Assembly: GCA_013239625.1 (NCBI GenBank)
Contig: MU054117.1
Coordinates: forward strand, 5,235,514 to 5,299,513
Direction of reading: 5' to 3'
From: Lama guanicoe
Lineage: Eukaryota
Length of the DNA stretch: 64,000 nt
The translations under genes were made by a program, and so were the position numbers. Shown piece by piece: positions 40,883 to 52,735 of this stretch (position 1 is its first letter; every line of letters begins with the position of its first letter). Below the pieces are notes generated by a model. That model was not told the DNA's origin and searched no databases. It worked only from the letters and a program-made list of their open reading frames with translations.

Positions 40883-40915
40883 GCGAAAGGACTGCTTTGC
40901 TCCCCACTACAGCAG
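40883..40915 (+). CDS. WC1: WC1 copy 1 exon 10, stalk micro-exon
   Basis: GERTALLPTTA after a pyrimidine tract and ag; donor |gtactg; 33 bp. Confidence 0.82.
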
Positions 40916-41495
40916 GTACTGTGCCATGGTCCCTGGGCGGGGAGAACATTCCGATTCCTGGGACCTGTTCTGTGGTCTCTGCCAGAATCAGCCAGCTCAG
41001 GAGAGGACAGATCCTGAGGAACCTCTGGCTGGTGGAGGGGAAGCAGGGCACTTTCCTAGGGAACCTGCCTTGGTTCACAGTGCCAGAAGTTTCTCATGTC
41101 CCCACGGGCCAAGGGAGGCTGGTTCCTGTGCTGCAGAATCCAAGGTTTTATTAGTTTCCCATGACTGTTGCTCTTCAAAAGTAAGATGCCAGTCCCAGGA
41201 CTTGTGTGATGCTCTGGTCTCGTGAAGCCCAAGGAGAGGAGTTAATTGTGAGCCCGTTGCTCAGAGGCTGTGTTAGTGGGAAGCTCCCTGATCATCTGCA
41301 GCTCTCCCTTGGGCCACACCAGCAGGAGTGGAGTTGAATTATCTCAGGAGAAGACCTGGGGCAGCCGAGTCACAGTCAGTCTGGTTAAGTCTGAGGATGG
41401 GACTTGACTGTGTGGAGCTCTCTGGAAACGCTGACCTCGGAAGGTTCTCTGTGCCCATGTCTTTCTCCGAACGCTCTTGCTTTTTCCCCCCTTAG

Positions 41496-41633
41496 GGACC
41501 AGACCACGCTCCAATCCGATCCCTGGCATCTTCTCCCTGCCTGGGATCCTCTGCCTCATCCTGGGCGCCCTCCTCTTCCTGGTCCTCGTCATCCTGGTGA
41601 CTCAGCTGCTCAGTTGGAGAGCGGAGCGCAGAG
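41496..41633 (+). CDS. WC1: WC1 copy 1 exon 11, transmembrane
   Basis: GTRPRSNPIPGIFSLPGILCLILGALLFLVLVILVTQLLSWRAERR; not shown in this frame in the ORF track. Confidence 0.93.
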
Positions 41634-42041
41634 GTGGGTGCAGTGGGTAGAGGGCAACATGGGAAGTGTGTGGAGGCGGGAAGCGGGGTCAGGTGACACA
41701 AGGGGAAAAGTGAGCAAGGTCTCTGTTCTTACCCCTATTCGTCTGCAAAACTCCTTCTGCTCCATGTGAAACCCTAAGGGCTGAATACACAGGTTCTTAG
41801 GACTGAGGTATGGACACTCATAAGTCATGGCTCTTATGTGAGACAAGGAAGAGTGGAGGCTGAGCTGGATCCAGGGGAGGGCAGAAGGTGCAGACATACA
41901 TGGTGTGTGAGGTGTGAGATACACAGAGGTGCTGGCAGCCCTGAGGGTCTCCCAATGTGTGTGTGGCGGGGAGATGAAGGAGTAGCCTGTTGGCTCAGGG
42001 TGTCTGGGGAGGCATGTCTGACCTGCTGGAGGTTTTCTCAG

Positions 42042-42134
42042 CCTTATCCAGGGTCAAAGGCGCTGTCCATGAGGCTGTGTATGAGGAGATTGATTACCTT
42101 GTAACGCCGAAGGAGGATCTGCTGCGCAGCTCGG
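42042..42134 (+). CDS. WC1: WC1 copy 1 exon 12, cytoplasmic (YEEI motif)
   Basis: ALSRVKGAVHEAVYEEIDYLVTPKEDLLRSS. Confidence 0.9.
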
Positions 42135-42414
42135 GTGTGTGTCTCTGTTTGCCCTCCCGGGACCCCTGGTTGTCAGCCACCCACTGGCTGTGAGGCATCT
42201 TCCCAGAACCCACATTCCCCACCTCTGCCCCAGACACACAGAGGCAGCCCCTCCAACGGCCACAGGACGGGCCTCTCAGAGCCCCTGTGCACTGTGTGCC
42301 TCCCCAACCCTGTGGGCGCCATGACGGCCCCAGCATCCCTTCTCAGCCTTAGCACTGGTTCGGTGGGTGTGGGAAGGATTGTTCTGTTCTTTGTGATGTT
42401 TTTCTCCACATTAG

Positions 42415-42498
42415 TGTTCCTGTCAGATGACTCAGTATCTCAACTGCCCTATTACACCGGGGATGCTGAGGAGGACAGTGACCATAAATCCACTCCAG
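42415..42498 (+). CDS. WC1: WC1 copy 1 exon 13, cytoplasmic
   Basis: VFLSDDSVSQLPYYTGDAEEDSDHKSTP; ttag| and |gtagta; an alternative in-frame acceptor 12 nt downstream is possible. Confidence 0.75.
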
Positions 42499-43011
42499 GT
42501 AGTAGAGGTGGACGTGCCTTGGCTGGGGAGAGGGGGCGGGTGACGTTCCCTCACAGAGATGAGACCCAGTGGGAACAGGCTTCCTCTGACTGGGATTGGC
42601 GGGAACTCTTGTCTCCAGAGGGGTCCACGCTCCCCTCCTTCTGTGGCTGTTGTGTGATGCCTTACATTGGGCTCTCTGTGTCCAGAATCACACTCACTAC
42701 TCACAGCCTGCACATGTTCCTTTAAAAAATGACAGCATGAAAGCATAATTCATCAAAAGATTTTAGTAACAACATTGGCTTAAGAATTTCTTTGAGATCT
42801 GTAGTTTTAATAAGAAGTATTGAGCTAATGGTATATTTTTTTGTTCATGGGCACATCAAAATAAAATATGGCCTTAGAAAACCTGCTGAGACAAGGAGTG
42901 ATTTGTGCCTCCATGGGGCAGCTCAGAAACTCTGGTTCAGAAGAGATTTCAGGTGTTTCCCAGGACAACCCATTTACGGTGGCTTCCCTTGACCCCCTTG
43001 TCTGCCCTTAG

Positions 43012-43158
43012 AGTCCCCGGATCAGAGGACCGAGGCCCCTGGTGAGGGTTATGATGATGCTGAAGAGGTACCAGTGCCTGAGGCTCCCCCTGCCGCTCAG
43101 ATGAGCGAGGGGGAGGTGCCCCCAGAGGAGGAGACTGGGATGAGGGCCTCGCAGACAG
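43012..43158 (+). CDS. WC1: WC1 copy 1 exon 14, cytoplasmic
   Basis: ESPDQRTEAPGEGYDDAEEVPVPEAPPAAQMSEGEVPPEEETGMRASQT; |gtgagt. Confidence 0.9.
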
Positions 43159-44292
43159 GTGAGTGGGTCAGCTGATCTCCTGTAGTGTTTGCTCTGTGTC
43201 CGGGAAAGGGTGAATCTGAGCTCCTCAATGCCCAGCCTTCCTGGAGATTCCAAATTTGCATGAGGTCCTGTGTTTGATAGCATCACCTGGAACATACGCC
43301 TCTCTGTAATGCCGACAGACTCCTTGGGAGGGAGGAATCAGTCTTTATTCTTGGCATTTATGTCTCCATAAGGAGTGGCATAAATTTGTCACTTTGTCCT
43401 TGATGTGCCTGCCTTAAGACTTGTAGATTTATTGAGCATATTTACCCAATTATTAAAGGGGAGTAACTGTTGTGATAACATCTCTGTGCTGTCTCATACA
43501 TGCCAGGTAGTGAGAGATTTAGAAAGCGTATTGCAGAATTGGGATTTGTGAGGGATTTTGATCATTTCAGATGCACTGTGAACACATGTTAGCACTACTC
43601 TGCACAACGTCTGTGCTGTATGGAGGCCTTAAAGATTAAAGACATGGTGGTGGATCATAGACTTAGAATTTGTGACAGCTAATGGCGAATCAGCTCCAGA
43701 CATGTCAGTGGTCAGGAGAAGGCACTCATTCTCCAGAACAGAGTATTTCTCCATCTGAGGGCCCATATGGTTCTTGGGGAGGGGACAACAGTAGATGCAC
43801 ATTATGACTGTATTTGTGGGCATTTGCAAACACAGGAGAATGCAACTATGAGCACATTTGGATTGTCAATGCGGAACAGACATTTTTCTAGTCTTCTGTC
43901 TCCCTCTCATTATGACTTCAGACCTGTCAGTTGGGAAATAAGAAAATTTCAGATTCCTTTTTATGTGTGCCACCATTCTTGGGCCATGTGCTTGCTGAGT
44001 GTGTAAGCCAGGAAACAGGTCTTCCCACAGCTCCTGTGTTTGACCATAGTTCTCCTGGGATTCAGGCATTCCCAGATAAGCTGAGGCCGCAGAACCACAT
44101 AGGCTGGATCCTGATAGGAGAGCCCTGATATTTCCTGCCTGTAATGAATATGAAGTAGCCTGAGCCTCCCTGAGTGAACTGGGTCCCCAGGGATCTTATG
44201 TCATCACCACTTACTTGACTTGCTTCTGCCACAGGGCATAGCCCAGTGTCCCTTTGTCACAGTTCTAATCAAACTTGTCTTTACTGTTTCAG

Positions 44293-44438
44293 ACTCTTCT
44301 CTGAACTTTCCTAGAGAGGCAGCTGATCCTGGGAAAGGAGAAGAGAGCCCCTGGCTGGATCAGTGGGAAAAGGGGGACCCTGGGTATGATGACGTGGAAC
44401 TGAGTGTCCCTGGAACACCCAGCGTGGCTGTCCCATGA
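44293..44438 (+). CDS. WC1: WC1 copy 1 terminal coding exon
   Basis: DSSLNFPREAADPGKGEESPWLDQWEKGDPGYDDVELSVPGTPSVAVP-stop. Confidence 0.92.
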
Positions 44439-44549
44439 TGCTGTGTTAATATGAGATGAGGGCTCCGACATTCTAACTGCCTGTATTTCAGTAGAGCTGT
44501 GTTGACCTATCATTGGATTATAAGGAAACTGCTCAGAGTATGTATTCTG

Positions 44550-44555
44550 AATAAA
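44550..44555 (+). terminator. WC1 copy 1 polyadenylation signal
   Basis: AATAAA about 110 bp after the stop; a second AATAAA lies at 44769-44774. Confidence 0.65.
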
Positions 44556-47500
44556 GTACTTTTCCCCTCTGTTGATAATTAACGTTTCTTGTCAAGTGGC
44601 CTTAGAGGTTTGGTCCTCAAAGGAAATAGAAGGTGAGTGAATTGACCTGTTTTCTCACCTCCCCCGAAGGCCAATGAGGCATGACTCTGCCCAGGCCCCA
44701 AAATGCTCCAGGTCACTCTTACTCAGACAAAGGACTCTAAACTTGGTCCACACTCACACCCTCACCCTAATAAAATGAACTGATGAAGAATACCAAGTCC
44801 TGACCATTCATGTGTGCTCGTGAGCACTTACATTATCAGGCACTAATGCCAATGATTAGATGAGTCTAGTCATGTAGGTCCTACAATTTAGATTAAAAGA
44901 AGCCATTTTAACTTGGGATTTATCAGTTTTTACACTTTGTTAGTCATGTTGGTAGAAGACTTATGCCATTAAGTTCCATTGCCTGGTCAATCACAGTCCA
45001 AAAATTAATCCAGGTTTATTTGTTATTATTTGTTTTGATTGAGGGGCTATTTACCGACAAAATATGTTTACTTTTTTTTTAATGGTATTGATTTATTTGT
45101 TGGGTAAACAACGTTTATTCTAGGAAGAACAACTCATTGAGGGATAAAAGTTAAAACAGTACATATATGTGCTGTTCATTGTTTCTAAGAACAGTTTAGA
45201 GCTTTAGCTTTTTTAGACGTACGTAGTTATCAAAGTAATAAAGCCAACCACAAAGTAAGAATCAACAGAATGCAGGAATCCAGTCATAAAAGACAATCGA
45301 ATGTTCTTGCACATAGACAAGATGCTTTTAGATTAAAAAACCCTTGGGTATCTTCCATCTACTGAATCCCAGCAGAATGTTTCGCAGGCAGTCTGCTTGA
45401 GGTTAACGATGCCTTGAAATCCAGAACAGGGATTCAGCCAGTTTTCAGACCTGTTGCTAAATCTTTCCTTGCCAGAGACATGGATTTATGTCAATGATAC
45501 TAAAAGAAATAAGAACTATATTATGGTGTTGAATGAACACAATCAATTGGTTTTCATTTTTTGTTTTGAGTTTTTATCATATTTACATACGAATTTTATT
45601 AAAGAGTCAAAAGCTGAATATGGCTGCTTCCCAAAAACACATGTCTTCACTTCTGCATTCCGTGAACACTTACCCAGGTATTTCAAATATTTAAAAAGTC
45701 TTTTTTTTAATTTTCTGATATCTTCCCTAATATATTAATATACTATGTGTTTTTTCTGTCTGAATCAGTTACTTTTTGCCTATCCACGATGGAAATTGAG
45801 GATTTAGCTACTTTCATTCTATGCTCACCTTCTCTAACTCCCAGTAGCTTTTCTGCCTGCAAAATTAAGCCTTTCCCATATTCCCAGTCTCCTAATCTAG
45901 TTATCATTTTGGTAGATGAAAAGCTATCATTTACATCCTTATAAATATACACTGTTCCTAGTTGATTTTATGTATTACATGATAAATACTTTTTCTTGTC
46001 CTGCACAATGATTAAATCTATCAGATTAAATTATTTTGTTTTGCATTTCATTAGTTGATATTTTTAAGACTACTTTCCCCCCCAAATCTGTGTTAATTCT
46101 TTAAATTGCTTTACAAATTTTTCGGATACTTGTATGTTCTATCAATTTGACTTCTTCACGAAATCTGTCTCAGGATGTCCTACAATATCATGCAGAGTTG
46201 TCATTCTGAGATTCTTTTATGCTGGTTCATCAAAAGTCCTGATCAGGCACTCAGGTTGCAGTGCCTGGGAGGTAAAGTTGGGGAATAAAGGAGGTATGTA
46301 AATATAAGCCTTACCCAATCTTGGGACCCAGCAGGGTCTCCGCAGGTGCCAGCACCCTCAGGGGCCTTAGCTAACATGCCCAGGTTGGGAAGGAAAAGAG
46401 AATCTGTTCTCAGACTTATTGATGTTAAAGGGAAGTGCTGTATTTTCAGTGTTTCAGTCTGCAGGCAGGACTAAGCTGTGAGCAACCAAACAAGCATGTG
46501 TAATTATTAACTTCCCCTGAAAAGGGATTACGTAACCTTTCAAACCTCCACTTTCTCATGGTAAGCTGGAAGTAATAATGGTACGTGACAATATTGAAGT
46601 AACATACTGTATGGTTTTACAATCCATAAAGCCAGTTAAGCAATTATCCTAAGCTAAAGAACAGAATTCTTTCTGCTCTCCACTCCTGCACGTCTCATCC
46701 AACATAGCAGGTGCTGAACTAAAATTTTTGTAAAAAGAAAATCTCTTCCTGTTGCAGTCGTGTGTGGTTTTAATTAAAAAGGTGCCAGATGATAAATATA
46801 CAAACATCCTGCTCACTTGGCCATATCTGATTCAGAGCAGAGCACGAGGGTTCACGTTCTTCACCCATCAGTATGTCGGGGTCTGTCTTCTGCATCTTTG
46901 GATACACAAAGAAACTTGCAGCATCTATAAATGTTTAGAAGGAGCTGTCTCAGCACTTCTCTGGCAATGGAGGTGTGTTTGTTTCTGGAAATTGGAATCT
47001 ACTGCATTCACTGAAGAATTGTATTGTATTGAACCATTCATAGCTCATGTCTTTAGATGGTAATGTAATTTATATCATTGTAATGAATGATGTAACGTGC
47101 ATTGTGGTCAGTCTTCATCTGTTGAATACTGTTCTCAAACATTTCTTATTCATTGAGATGGTTTGTGCAAAACACCTAGAGTAATGTCATTCATTCATTC
47201 ATTCAGTGAAGACATAGTTTGGGATTTTTAAATCTCCAGGCACTGAGGACATAGAGGTGAATTAGACAGAGAATTTCTACCGAGAACATTCATGCTTATA
47301 AAGCAAAGTTGGCAAGTAAACAACTGAGTTCGTGACAGGGTCACAGACGGTAAGGTAGCGTTGCACGAGCAGTAGAATGCGGGCACCAAGGAGGGGTCAG
47401 GTGTACACGGCTCACAGCCCTGAGTGGCACCAGTCACCGTCACTGCACTGTGCTTCCCGGAGGACTTCTGACAGGCTCAGCCACAGCCTGAGGTAACAGA

Positions 47501-47589
47501 ATTTAATCTCACACTGTAGATTCCTGTGATTCTGGGGGTGGGTGGAGAAAGATGCCCTAAACAAGTTCTCTGTTATGACTACTACGCAC

Positions 47590-47815
47590 TACTGCTAGTG
47601 AGCACTTACATTACCAGGTACTGACGCCAACTCATTTAATCCTCACCCAGATTCTATTACCCAGCCATGATCATAACCCTCATTTTGATGATGAAGCAAG
47701 CATTCGGAGAGTTTAAGAGACCTGTTCAAGGTCACACACATGGTGTGTGGCTGAGCTGAGGGTCAAGACAAGGCAGTCTGTCTCCTGAGTCTGTTCTCTT
47801 GATGTTGCACTGTGC
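47590..47815 (-). mobile_element. MIR-like SINE
   Basis: ctcatttaatcctcac...cctcattttgatgatgaagcaagc...tgttcaaggtcacaca...aggcagtctgtctcctgagtct. Confidence 0.6.
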
Positions 47816-50800
47816 TCTCTCAGGTTCAGCGTGGACCCAGCTGGGATGTTGTCCTCTCTAAACTGTCCTCCTTGTCAAATCTCTGCCGGGACTGTACATT
47901 GATGTCTCTTTTTGTGTCAAAGAAGACTTACCTTTATCAGAGTGTCAGTTCATCCTCGCTCACCCTGCCCCCTATAGGGGTATAGGTTTCAGCTTGGAGA
48001 CAGTACAGCAGCCCTGAGTGGAGCCTCTCCTGTCCAGCCCATCCCCCGCCCCACACGACGGGGTCTCGATTGCATAACAGTGTCATATGTGTGAGATGTC
48101 CATCCTGAGGAAAGTGAACTGTGTGTAACCGGTTATACTAAATGCATCCCCACGTCACCCTGTGGGAAGGGAGGACTGGTCTCCAGCAAGCACCGCCTGC
48201 GTTCCAGGTTTCTGGCAGAATGATTTCTTTTGATGGTGTCAAGTCCAAAACTGGGTGAGAAGTGGTAAATCTGGGCCCCAGAGGGAGTACTGCATCAACT
48301 CAACTGACTGAGCAGACCCTGATCCTACTCCAGCACCTGAGATTAAATACTGGGTCTGATATTTGTCATCAGTCATTATCATTAATGTGTTAAGCGTAGA
48401 GACAGGAAGGAGGTAGGGCTCCTGTACAGCCAAGGGCTTGAGAGGGAGAGGAGCAGATGACAAGAGAGTGATTCTTGGAAAGTTCATGGGGAAATACTAG
48501 AATATTTAGAGGGTGAGATGCATGTGCTCAATTGTTTTTTCTCCCTTTTACTTTACCCGAGTCTCAAGGAGAAGGAATGGGCATGGCAGGGAGACAGCCG
48601 CTGTGTCTGCTGACCTGAATGAGGCGGGTCCCTTAGTGGGGACGTGAGGAGGCTGGGGTCTGACTTGCGGCTGCCCTCCGTGTTGGTCCCACGGAGAATC
48701 AGGTGTGGGATGGGGAAGGCACGGAGTGTGTCTGAGCTGTGGTGGGGACTCTGGGGCGGGGGTGGCACAGAACGCTTCCTCCTCATGTGTGTGTGCAGAG
48801 ATGTTGAGAGCTCGGGGGAGGGGCCCTGAGGGTGGGTTTGGGTGGACTGCAGGGGAGCATCATGGGAACACTGAGCCTGAGGGAGTGTGAAGAATGGGGT
48901 AGCATGTTCCTGGTCTTGAATTTTGTCACTAACCTGCATCCCCTTACTGCCCTTCCCAGTCTCGATACTCATCCCAGGGCTACTTTCTTGGGAGCCTGTG
49001 GGAGGTTCTCTGATCAATGGAGAATAGAACAAGGCAGCCATGGCTAAGCTGAGCATAAGCCCCTTGCGCTTTTGTTTTCCCCTTAACTCATCTGAGCTTT
49101 CATCCTTACCTCCACCTTGACCCGAGAAAGAGGTGGTGTCACTGATGGGTTCAGGAAGCATCTACCTCCCTCTTCTATTTCACATGCCTCTCCTTTGTCC
49201 CCCAGCCTGCAGGGAGCCTCTAGTAAAAGACTGTCTACTTCCCCTTTCTATCCAGGCCATTTCCCTTAAATTATATTTTGCATCTTCTTTAGCTGTGGTG
49301 CACAATACAGCTGTGTTCTGAGTCCTGCCAAACCAAACTCTGCATATATAAAGGGGAGAAAGAGCTGAGCTTTAGGAAACCTTACCCTTTGAAAGGTGTT
49401 GATTTTCTTCTTGGGGCCCCAAATCCTAATTTTCAGGGCTAGAGGTGAATGATGAGTGCTTCTTCCTCTTTATTTCATGTGCAAACTGTCTCTTTTTCAT
49501 AAACGTAATTTGGTGACTGATGGAAAGAGATGTTTCACATAAAATGAAATTCAATAGAAACAAAGGGATTTAGCATATTTTAAAAGCCCCATATATACAG
49601 CTATTCTATCAATCTATCTCTCTCTCTATCTATCTATGTATCTATGTATCTAGTGTATCACCATCACCATTAGTCTATTATCACATCTATTTCTGTAGTG
49701 TCTAGCTATATTTCTATTTTTATTAGTTTTATAGTTCAAACAATGAAACTCTGACATCTTCATCAACAGATCATTCTAAGATGTTCAATTATAAAAGACA
49801 TATAAATTGTGATCTTAAAAAAAAAGTAAGCAATTAAGTTTTACTTGACTACTTTAGCTTCCAGGAATTTGTCACTTCCAGCTCTGCCACATTGCGTTGT
49901 TCCTATAAACTTCACACTTGCAAAGTGGAACCTCTGATACTATTAGACAAGCAGCATCCACTTAGAAACTGAAACCTTCACACTTCGAACAAATCACCTG
50001 GAACAGTAAGTGGATTACCATCTGATGTTGTACTTTCTTCATAAGAACGAGTCATGTAAGTACTTGGAACTCAGACGTCTAGAGTCCACCAAGGACTATG
50101 TAAAGATTCCATGTCTACTTGAGCTGAGGCTGGCGGTGAGCCCTGGGAAAGGGCAGGGGCAGAGGGTGGGGGGAGTCAGCACACAAGAGTCTTCTTTGCC
50201 TGAAACACTCCCCACTCCAGCCACTCCTCGACGAGAAAGTGACCTAGACCTGGGGTGGGATGAAAAATAGGCTTCTTTTCCCTTTTCCGCCTGCAAGAAG
50301 TTTGAGTGATTCAGAGAATAGAAAGATTTTCAGACACTACAAGGCACTATGGTAAAGAATGTAATATTTTTGCAATTTGACCAATGAGAAATTCCTCTTC
50401 TGCAAGTGTAATAATAGTAATTGCCTCTCTGGATGTCAATTACAAGTAAATCATCTAAGAAGGGGACAAAATTTATGTGAAAACATTTTTATGGTATGAA
50501 TTAAACAAAAATGAAGATACAGCATGTTCTCTTTGAGTTTCCTCCTTATCCTCATTCATTTCTTCCCTACTCTCTGATATTGATGTATAAATTGTTACCA
50601 ATCGTATAAATTGTTACCAATAAGGAGGGTAACTGGTCCAATGTTCTTTTCATAAGGATGTGTAATATCGACTGACTGCAACTTTTGATAAAACAATTTA
50701 AATTTTAAATCCCAATACCATTTTTACAATCTACACTGGGAGCTGCAACTGTCACATGGGCTGGCTCTTACCTAAATTTGACTAAAGCATCTTCTAACTG

Positions 50801-52175
50801 TAATGTCCAAGGATGGAGAAGGGGATGGTATGAATTGATTAAAACCTACTTAATGAACAGGGGAAGTTGGATAGTTAGTGGGAAGGTTTAATAGCTTCAA
50901 GCTCCGCCAGCTGATAAACTCGTCTTCCCAACAAAGATACATGTCCCTTCGATTCCAACGAGATAATATTCTGTGCCACCAGGAGACCAGACTGTCCTGT
51001 TGGCCAGTAAGAGAACTGTCTGGCTTAACAATCCCTGCTTGGGCAATTCCACTGTTTGTCTTTATTAGCGCTTTTATGCTTCTGGAGTAAAATATTAAAA
51101 CTGAATTTCCACCAAGACATTGAATTATAGCAGCTAAGACATTCTGTAGCCTGACAACTAAATACAGAAAATATTAGACTTTGTTCCATGGCAGTTGGCC
51201 CCTTTGCAGCAGATTATGGCTATTGAAGGGATCATACTGTCAAGAGAAGAGGGTTTTTGTGAAGGAGGATTTGGGCACCTTTCCTGCTGAGTGTTGAAGC
51301 CGGAGACTTTTCCTCATGCTACCCAGTCTGAGGCAGGTGACCTCTACCCAGAAGGTGCCTGTGAGCAGGTGCTGCAACCCAGCCTGTGTGTCCTTGTTCC
51401 CTATGTACCAGCACCGCTCAAACGTTGACATGCTTAAGAATAACTAGGAAAATCTGTGACACACAGATGCTATTCACTAGGCCTGGGTGTGGCCTGAGAA
51501 TTTTTCCTGTAACGAGCTCCCGGGTAAAGCGGATGCTGCTTGTGGGTGGACCGTAATTTGAGAAGCCCTGATCTCAACTGCAACCCCACTTCCACAGCAA
51601 ACAGTAGGCCCTTGGTCACCCTCAGGACCAAGACTGATCACTCACTGTCCACCCTGGAGAGGACGTGTTGGAGGAGGCTGATGTAGGTCTTGAAACAGGC
51701 TGGGCTCCTTTAGGGCAAGGAATTCCTGGTTCTGAGAAGGCAGAGGCGGTCTAGAAAGGGGTTGGCATGGACTTGGTCTGGGTGGACATGTCTGATCTGC
51801 TCACGGACTCTTCCACTCCTTGTCCTCTAAAATAGAGTGGCCAGGGTGACAGGGGCCTCTCTGGACTGAGTGAAAGGGGAGTTCCACCTGGACAGTTTCT
51901 AATTACTGCACTGAGCGTGTGTTTTATGACTAAAAGCGATCTTGGGACTGTTTATTATTTAGGAGTTCGAAGTCCTAGGGTCTACCATGAGGCAGGGAAA
52001 CGTTTCCTTCTGAAAAACTTGTACGAGATGAGTGGAATAAAAACAGTTTGCATTAGTTCACGAGTTGTGTTTGTTCAATATCCCATTTGTCTTCCATGGT
52101 TGACTAATCTCCTTTCTTAATGACATGGCGTTTACCAGGATTCATTCAACTTCTCTAGGTTCACCATTACGTAAC

Positions 52176-52735
52176 TGTGATATTGTGAAATATAAGAAGT
52201 ATATTTGGGTCATTGAAATGACCCCTAAATTTCTCTTGTACATATTTGACCTTTGTTCCTAGTTCCTGGCTCACAGCGCCCCAAGCCCCTGGAATTTCCT
52301 TAGTGTTGGCCGTGATGAAAGTGTCTTCCGTGTTGTAAATGAGACGACTTTGGGAGACAGCTAAGAATGGGTCTGCCTGACAGTAGATCCAGCCAGGGCA
52401 AGTGGTTAGAGGTGTGGGGCTTCCACCTCTCCCTCCCCTCCCATCCCCCCACCTCTGATGACAGGAGCTGGGCTGGAAGTGGAATCAATCACCAGTGGCC
52501 AATAATGAATCAATTGCACCCACGTAATGAAGGACTGGGTTCAGAGAACTTTAGGGTTGGTGACCATGTGTGGGTGCTGGGGGAGTGGTGTGCTGGGAGT
52601 GGGTGTGAAAGCTCAGCGCCTTTTCTCCAGACCTGCCTTAGGTACCTTGCATCTCTTCCATCTGGCTGCTCCTGAGTTATGCCCTTTTGTAATGAACCAG
52701 TGATGTAGTAAGGCAAATGTTTCCCTGAGCTCTGA
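52176..52735 (+). mobile_element. LTR, MER21-like
   Basis: Begins tgtgatattgtgaaatataagaagtatatttgg; contains aatcaccagtggccaataatgaatcaat...cgtaatgaa and gcatctcttccatctggctgctcctgagtt; family from recall. Confidence 0.7.

Noticed and set aside
48553..49161. 202-aa minus-strand ORF
   Set aside because: Low-complexity S/P/Q-rich translation with no domain or splice support, and no counterpart in the paralogous unit
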